DNA of 60,587 nt, counting the filler, from Dugesia japonica (taxonomy: Eukaryota): the NCBI GenBank assembly GCA_001938525.1. It is 4 parts of 4 records of this genome, joined end to end, with 100 filler letters (N's around TTAATTAATTAA, not from the genome) between each part and the next. Parts side by side here need not be neighbours in the genome. Positions count along the whole stretch, not along the records: positions 50,006 to 60,587 come from MQRL01597955.1; 3 more parts are not named here. One strand, given 5' to 3'. The notes under the pieces were generated by a model that searched no databases, was not told the DNA's origin, and saw only the letters and a program-made list of their open reading frames with translations. Of this stretch, positions 53,252 through 60,587 are shown one piece after another (the stretch's first letter is position 1; every line of letters starts with the position of its first letter). Made by a program: the position numbers and the translations under genes.

Positions 53252-54424
53252 TTCGTCTATGATTTTAAAATTGGTCCAGTCATCTTCAATTATCTGAGTC
53301 TATTTTCATTTCTTCATCTGAGACAATATCTAGTTTTCGTTTTTTTGTTGCTGGACCATTTATCTCTCTATCTAATATCATCCTTAATAATTGTTTCTTT
53401 TTTATTGTAAACTTTCTTAAGTGGTCTGCATGCAACATATAAAAGTCTGGATAAAAAAATTAAATAAATAAAAAAGTTTTTGTACATAAATTAAAATTAT
53501 CAAAAAATACTCATAATATCATGAAATTTAAAAGTTAAACATTAAAATAATTTTTCAAGATTACTTTTAAAAATTCATTAAGAAAAATTATTAAAAGTTC
53601 ATTTAAAAATTAACATAAAATACATTATAAAATAAATAAAAACTAACTTTTATCCTAATAAAGAGCAGCAACAACAGAAGCATCATAATTCTAAAATAAA
53701 TAATTTTAACAACTATCCAGTGTTAATAAAAAATTTATTTTAATTAAACTCTTCCTCTGGATACCCCTCCCGCTTTGATGGGAATTATTATAATTCTTAA
53801 ATAAAATTAATAACTATTAAATAATAACAATAAATTTACATTATCCATCATTAAACTTGACAAATTCATATTTTGATTATCGTTCATATTGTACATAACC
53901 TGAAAACAATTAATTAATAATAATGAAAATCATTGGTTTCTCTTCCTTCGGTCAACAAAGTTCTCAAAATGTTTATGTTTATAATCTAAATAAATATATA
54001 ATAAAAAAAGATGAAAATAAAATATTACTTATACAAAATTGTCGCTTTTAAAAATAGTTTTTTTAAAGTACTGCAACGTAGTATAATGTTGCATTTACAA
54101 AGTAATTAGTCATGAAAATAACAAAGGCATGTTTTTTGATTATAACAATGATTATTTAACTACTTCATAATTTAAATTTTAAAAAAACAAATAAATATTT
54201 TTATATAATACATTGATTTACATACAACATATACATTTTCAACTAAAATTTTGATTATTTTTCACACATAATGTCAATTTTCAGTTGAAACGTTGATTTT
54301 TAAGCCACAATAGACAATGTTGACCGCAGGTTGTTGTAAATGGATTTTGAAATCTGATTTTGTTATATTGAATTAGCTTGGATATTTTTTAGAGATGCAA
54401 GACAAACATAAGCTGATAATAACA

Positions 54425-54745
54425 TTGAACAGAGTAGCTCTTGCAAATCGATTGAATACATTAATAAATGTCAAAATATGCTTGTATTCTTTATTTATTT
54501 TTGAATATGGGATCATCTCCATCAAATACATTTGTCATAAATCATCAATACCAAACGTTTTATATGCTTTTGTTGGAAACCTTTTCAACATTTGTTTGTT
54601 CAAACTATACGCTAGTTGACCCGATAACCACTTTATGGTTTTTGATTTTGATTTTTGAGGTGCTTTCATTAATTTTTCTACGCATCGAAAACCTGCAGGA
54701 TTTTTTGCGTCCGTCCATATTGTCTTTAGTTTACCCATTACAACA
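54425..54745 (-). pseudogene. Maverick retroviral-like (rve) integrase, N-terminal fragment
   Basis: NPAGF..VEKL..WLSGQLAYSLNK..KRFP....GIDDL*Q..EM..YSKINKEYKHILTFINVFNRFA. Confidence 0.88.
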
Positions 54746-54854
54746 ACTTGATGAAAATTTGAAATCAAAAATAGGTTATGATTGTAAACCACCCATTGTT
54801 TATTTGGAATCAGTTATATTAGTACTGTTGCTATAAAATCAACCATTGTTTATT

Positions 54855-55160
54855 TAAAATGAGTAAATCCTAGTGCTGCTAATGCAATGAGTATAAAGCT
54901 ACCTCCTTGATTATCTCGTATTACTCGCCTTAAGATATTTCTAATTTTGTATTTACAAATTGTAATATGGCTAATTTATGTTTTTTCAATACATCGTTTC
55001 TAGCATTGCTCACATTTACATTTCCGCGAACGATATTTATAATAATTTCAATTAAATCATCCATAACAAACTTTGAAAAGGCTTTCAAAATTTGCATTCT
55101 CGACGATTTTGGAAATTTAATTAATGATGTAAAAAATGGAATACTTCGTTGTAATTTCAT
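54855..55160 (-). pseudogene. Maverick small basic protein with QGG plus hydrophobic (pX-like) tail
   Basis: DDLIEIIINIVRGNV..LKKHK, then after a break NQGGSFILIALAALG; located between ATPase and integrase. Confidence 0.65.
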
Positions 55161-55194
55161 TTTATATTTTAATATAACTTACCGTATTTGTTTA

Positions 55195-55863
55195 TAATGT
55201 AGTCCATTTTCCGTTTATTTTCGATAGTTTCTTAGAAATATAATAATTACCTTGTTTATACACGGTACCACCATCAAGATTGAAAATATCGGTTCTCACC
55301 CTTAGTTCGTCGGGACATTGTTGCATAAAGTCGATAAAAATATAAACATGTACATTTATTGTTGCATCTTGAAATGATTCAATAAAAAATTGTCTATTGT
55401 TAGGATAAGCCTGGCTAGCTAGGAAATCGATAACTGTTTGATCTCTTGGATTTTCAAATAAAACAAAGTATTTTACATTTAAATTACGAGTCTTATGACT
55501 TCGCNNNNNNNNNNNNNNNNNNNNNTAATAAATATAACAGTCACATTACAATGTCTGGATACTTTTGTAAATAAATTAAAGTCTTTTTCTTTATTAGCCT
55601 CCTAATACAAGTCATCAATTATAATTACATCTCCTGATTTCAATCCTTTCCTCCAAATAGAATCTAACACTAATAATGTTCATTTTAATGTTGCAAAATT
55701 CTGATTGTGTTAACCCATGTTCTTGATCTGCGCCTCTGTGCCAATATATTTTTTAAAATTTTGATTTAGATAAATTTGATTTTAGTTACTTGCATACAAA
55801 TAAGGTTTTTCCGCTTCCACTTGGACCAAAATTTTGATAAACTGCATCATTTCTCAAATCCAT
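55195..55863 (-). pseudogene. Maverick packaging ATPase (A32/FtsK-like)
   Basis: Walker A GPSGSGKT, Walker B VIIIDDL, LFTKVSRHCN, FENPRD, RVRTDIF. Contains stops. Confidence 0.92.
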
Positions 55864-57599
55864 TTTATATAAAACTATATTTTAATATATTATTTATACT
55901 ACTTTTTGTTTAAATGTATCAATTAATTTAATTTCTGTAAAATATATATATATATATATAAATGCTGAAAATTGTAAAAAATAATTATTAATTTTTGTTA
56001 ATATAAATTAATATAGTTTCATTTGACGTATAATAATATCCTATATAATAAAAATAAAAAATTTATTTGTTCTAGTTCTTTATTCTTTAAATTGTATCGA
56101 AACAAATGGCTTTTTATACTAGTCGTTAATATAATTTATAGGCAATTTTTAATTTTTTATAAAATTATACAAGATTAAAATTGAAAAAATTAAAAATGGC
56201 GCCTGTATCTTATTTTTAAAGTTTCTTTGTGTAATAACGTGTTATGATTACGTCAGATGAAATGTTTTTATACACCAATTTGTCCGCCAATGCAGAGCGC
56301 GTTGTTCAAAATCAAGACGCGATATCATGTTTCTACTTAACCCTATTCTGAAACAACTGAATTTCTTTGTTACCATTTTTCGTTGGGAAGGAAGCATTTT
56401 AGTATACGAGTTTATGAGTCATTTGTTTTACTTTTTATTTTACATCTAACCATAAATTTTTATCCAAATAGGTAGTCACTAGGGGTGATGGGGTTGGTGT
56501 CATGCTGACATACCTTTTGTGGCGAACTGTGGCATTTTTAGACACAAGTACTTTAGGTGATGTATAGTTAGTGTTTAATTTTTAGAAGATTGGTAAAGAT
56601 TTAGGGCGATATTTTTCAAAATGGCGCCCAATTAAAATATAAATCTTAAATAAATTTTTAAGGCTATCCCTGACAAAAAATATGAATGCATAATAGCGCA
56701 TATTCACTTTGCGCGTCTAAAGGATACAAAATTTGATTTGATCCAATAAGAATTATGCACAATAAAATTTAATAACTGGGAAGTTTTTGAAAATTGATTA
56801 CGTAATTGATTACGTGATCAAATAATTAATTTTTTGAATACATTTTTAATGGGGAAGGAATTATTTTACGATACAAGTTTATTACACATTCCTATTTTAC
56901 TTATTAGTTCCCTATCCGATGGTGTTACGCATAACCTTGAATGACCTTTGAAAAAAGAATTTTCGATGACCTTAAAAAAAATTGAAAATAAAATAACGAA
57001 AATATAAAATCAAAAAAATATTTTCCCTTCGGGAGCGCGGGGTTGTGCGGTTATTAGACATGTACCACTATTTAATTTTTAAATTGGATTTTAAAATGGA
57101 AATAATTATTTTACGATACAGGTTCATGAGACAATCCTATCTTACTTTTTCATTTCCTATCTAGTCGTTTAAATAAAAAAACAAAAAAATTTGAAACATG
57201 AAAACAAAAAATATTAATATTAAGTTTGTGTGGGAATTAAAATATGAAGTCTACCTGAGGAAGTCTGGCAGGATGACCTTGAAACACTTCAACCAATCAG
57301 AACGTAGGATACTATATCACTTTGACTTTGAAAAATTCTATCTTTAAATTTTTAGCCAATCAAAATTGAGTATACTCAAACACGGACCAACCCGAATCAA
57401 GTATATTTTATCAGTTTTACCTTGAAAAAAAAATTCTTTCACGGCGGGAGTGATATAGTGCACTAGAATCTACCTACTATAATTGATAAATTCAGTATAT
57501 TTATCTCTCAATGTAGTCTCACATCAAAAAAAATGCCATAGGTTTTACTGCAAGGGAAGTTTTTATACTATGTTTTTTGGAAATTCGGGTGAACAACTC

Positions 57600-58260
57600 A
57601 ATTTGTTTAAACAATATGAAAATTTAAAAATTTTTAAATCAAATTTTTTAAGAAAATTCGAAACCTCCCAAATTTGGAAAATTTTTGAAAATATTTTTTG
57701 TCGAAAAATTTAATTCTCATCTTAATATAAAATAGCCATATAAATTAGAGAGATAATTTTTGTTGATTCCAACTATACAATTCCAAAATATCGATAATTT
57801 ATCCGGGATAAAAAAAATGAAGTTTTGCGAGAAAAATCTGAAAAAATTGAATTTTGGTGCTCAATTTTTTCTGCGTACATAACTCGTATCGTTTTAGATT
57901 TGATATCATTAAACTCAGGATGAAAAGGTAAGTGGTAAATTGGTAAAATCTGAAAACAAAATGCAAAATCTATGGTTATTCATTGAATTGGAACCCACCA
58001 CTGATGAGTTGTAAAAGAAAGTTCTTACCACTTGTCCATAAGAATAAAATGAAATCTAATTTGGATAATAAATAATTAAATACTTGTTTTTCCGAATGTT
58101 GGTCTAAGTGATGAAAATATCAATAAATTCTATTATAATAGATACTTACCAATAATTACTTACCAATTACTTAAATGCTTACCAATACTTACAAAAATTG
58201 GTTTGTTGATTGTATCTGGTTTAGTGGACTTATATTCGATGATAAAACCAATATGTTCAT
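57600..58260. repeat. Dispersed repeat paralogous to 1500-2480
   Basis: Shared blocks as listed for 1500-2480. Confidence 0.7.
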
Positions 58261-59759
58261 TATAAAAACTATATTTACTATTAAACATGTATTTCCCATT
58301 AAACGTATATTTTTAATGTTGTGATTAATATTTTTATTATTGAATCAAGTATTTCTAAGGATGAATCAAGTATTTTCTATGTTAAACTCTTATTTTCTAA
58401 AATTGTTACTGATAATTTGGTATTTAAAAGAAAAGTAGACCCATGAAAACCAAAGAGCAAGCTGAGAAACAAGGAGCAAGCAAAGAAGTAGACGGATAAT
58501 CAGTCGATTAAAATATACTGAAATAGTTATATTATTTAAAATAAAAAGCACGTCATATCAACTCTTACTCACTATCACTCAGTCTTATTGTCTTTGTATC
58601 TTAAAATGTAACTCTTTAAAGATTAAGATCCAATAGAAATTAGATACAAAATATGGATGTATACCGTAAATATTGGAAAATAAGGGGAAATGAGGTAAAT
58701 ATGATAAATAGGGATAAATGTTGAAAAATGGGTAAAATTATGGCAAAATGATATAAAATAGATGAAAATGAGTAAAAAGTGACAAAAAAAAGACTAATTA
58801 AGCATATTAAATGACTATATATAGAATAAATGCGGAATCATTAGTGACTAGATTTACTATTTTAAATATTTTAAATGCCCAAACTCATATTTTCCAATCG
58901 TAAAACTTATATTTTTTATCATAAGTCTATAATTTTTCAATGATAAGTCCATAGTTTTTTAATGATGAACCATTATTTTTTAAAGTTGAAAATCATATTT
59001 TCAATAAAGAAACCATATAATAATTTTTAAGTTAGAGTCAAAAGATTGATTTTAACACAATGTAATTGATAATTAGGTATTCAAAAGAAAAACAAACCCA
59101 TGAAAACCAATNTGTACGCAGGGAAACCAAGGAGGAAGCAAAGAGGAATGAAAACAGAAAAGGATTTTATTGAAAAGGAATACATATATTTCACAAGACA
59201 AAACTAATATTTTTCATATTGAAACTTAAATTGATTTTAAATTGTAATAAACTTAATACTTTATTCAATAAATTAAACCATAACTTATTAATAGAGGCTT
59301 GTCGTACATATTACGTAATCATCCAATAAAATAAACCATGTTGCATTTATTAATATTCAAAACGTATTACATAAATATGAAAGAAAATAAAGAGAAATAG
59401 GATGAAATATGGAAATGTAAGGTAAAAGAGTAAACATGGTGAAAATTGGTCCAAAAAATGGAGAAAGACCTCCCAAAATTGGAGACAAAATATAGAAAAT
59501 GAACTTAAAATTGGTTAAAGAAGATAAATAATAAAACTTGAAACTGATTAAGAACTTTAGGCAAGATTTTTAATCATATTCAATTGCTTCCTTTTATTTA
59601 TTCGTTGTTTCTTATTTACATGTTGTTTCTTATGCAACTGTTTCCTCTGTTTTCCATATTTTTTCTTCACAAAAGATATTTTTTGTCGCTTACTTAATCA
59701 GTTACTTAATCAACTATACATTTATTTAGTTTTTTTAAATTTTATAATATTAAGAAAAT

Positions 59760-60165
59760 TACCTATTTTGTTTATATACTATAATACCATTTGGACTGAA
59801 AATATTTGTTCTCACTCTATAGTCAATTCGACATTGTTGTGTAAAGTCAAGAAATAAATATCCATGAGGCTTTTATGTTGCATCTTGAAATGATCCAATG
59901 AGAAACTGCTTATTATTTGAATATTCTTGTCTTTTTAGAAAATCAACAACAGTTTGATCTTGAGGATGTTTGAATAGCACTAAATATTTCACGTTTAAAT
60001 TGTGGGTTATATGACTGCCTCCTTGATGAAATAGATTTTGAATAATAAATATCACAGTCGCATTACAATGCCTCGATATCTTTGTGAATAATTTATTGAA
60101 ATCACTTTCTTTATTCCACTCCTGATACAGATCGTCAACAACTATAACATAACCTGGTCTTAGTC
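59760..60165 (-). pseudogene. Second Maverick packaging ATPase fragment
   Basis: VIVVDDLYQE..LFTKISRHCNATVIFIIQNLFHQG..LFKHPQD..DAT*KPHGYLFLDF..RVRTNIF. Confidence 0.9.
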
Positions 60166-60587
60166 TTTTACTTCAATTTTAGACTCTTCACTTTGAGCAT
60201 AATTTTTAAATAGATATATTTTTAAAGATAAGTTCAATACTTTATGATTTTTTAAAGAAAACGTCTACTTTGAATATTTTGAAATTATTTAAAGTCAAAT
60301 TTGGTCTGTTTATAAAAGTGGTATAAATTTATTTTTAAAAATAAACAAATTTAAATAAACTTTTTACATTATACATAAATAGTAAACTTTTACAATAAAA
60401 TTACATTAAATAATAACACAATACACAGTAAAAAATAATTTTCAATAATTTTTTTGATTTATTAAAAAGAGGGGAAACTTTACAATTTGTGGTTACACAG
60501 CCAGTAAATAACAAAATAAATAAGGATATCTAAAATTAAAGACAATAAATCAAATAAGTTACTCAAATAACTATTGAATTGAGTAAT

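Larger units (their letters stand above)
50738..57478. mobile_element. Rearranged Maverick/Polinton remnant with one terminus
   Basis: MCP, pPolB, integrase, pX-like protein and ATPase, then subterminal repeats and the terminus ...ATCTACCTACT at 57478 (reverse complement AGTAGGTAGAT). Confidence 0.85.

Noticed and set aside
21740-57478. A single 36-kb Maverick bounded by the 21740 and 57478 arms
   Set aside because: The termini differ, the flanks do not form a matching 6-bp TSD, and three artificial linkers and host genes lie in between.

Overview
AT-rich eukaryotic (animal-like) draft-assembly sequence. It is not one contiguous molecule: three identical 44N-TTAATTAATTAA-44N linkers (24375-24474, 37847-37946, 49906-50005) join four pieces, and several local duplications look like co-assembled haplotypes. 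Most of the window is decayed mobile DNA: Maverick/Polinton remnants (pPolB, integrase, two packaging ATPases, a major-capsid fragment, two copies of a small pX-like protein, and six AGTAG/AGTAA-type termini), a large Ty3/Gypsy-type gag element with three zinc knuckles and no recognisable pol, Merlin, hAT, mariner and maT transposases, hAT MITEs, a Penelope-like element and a 28S rRNA fragment. Two spliced host genes with short introns are visible: a + strand coiled-coil gene and a - strand gene built from tandem ~86-aa four-cysteine exon modules that I do not recognise. Most notable: (1) a Maverick-type insertion with identical TIR ends and a 6-bp TSD, assembled around its own empty allele, which suggests a recent polymorphic insertion; (2) the tandem cysteine-module gene; (3) a dispersed ~130-bp repeat carrying a minimal hammerhead ribozyme; (4) the gag-only element with apparently spliced accessory ORFs. 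All protein calls come from reading motifs by eye, with no database search. Boundaries of degenerate elements are approximate. Most ORFs in the supplied track are spurious or pseudogene fragments.
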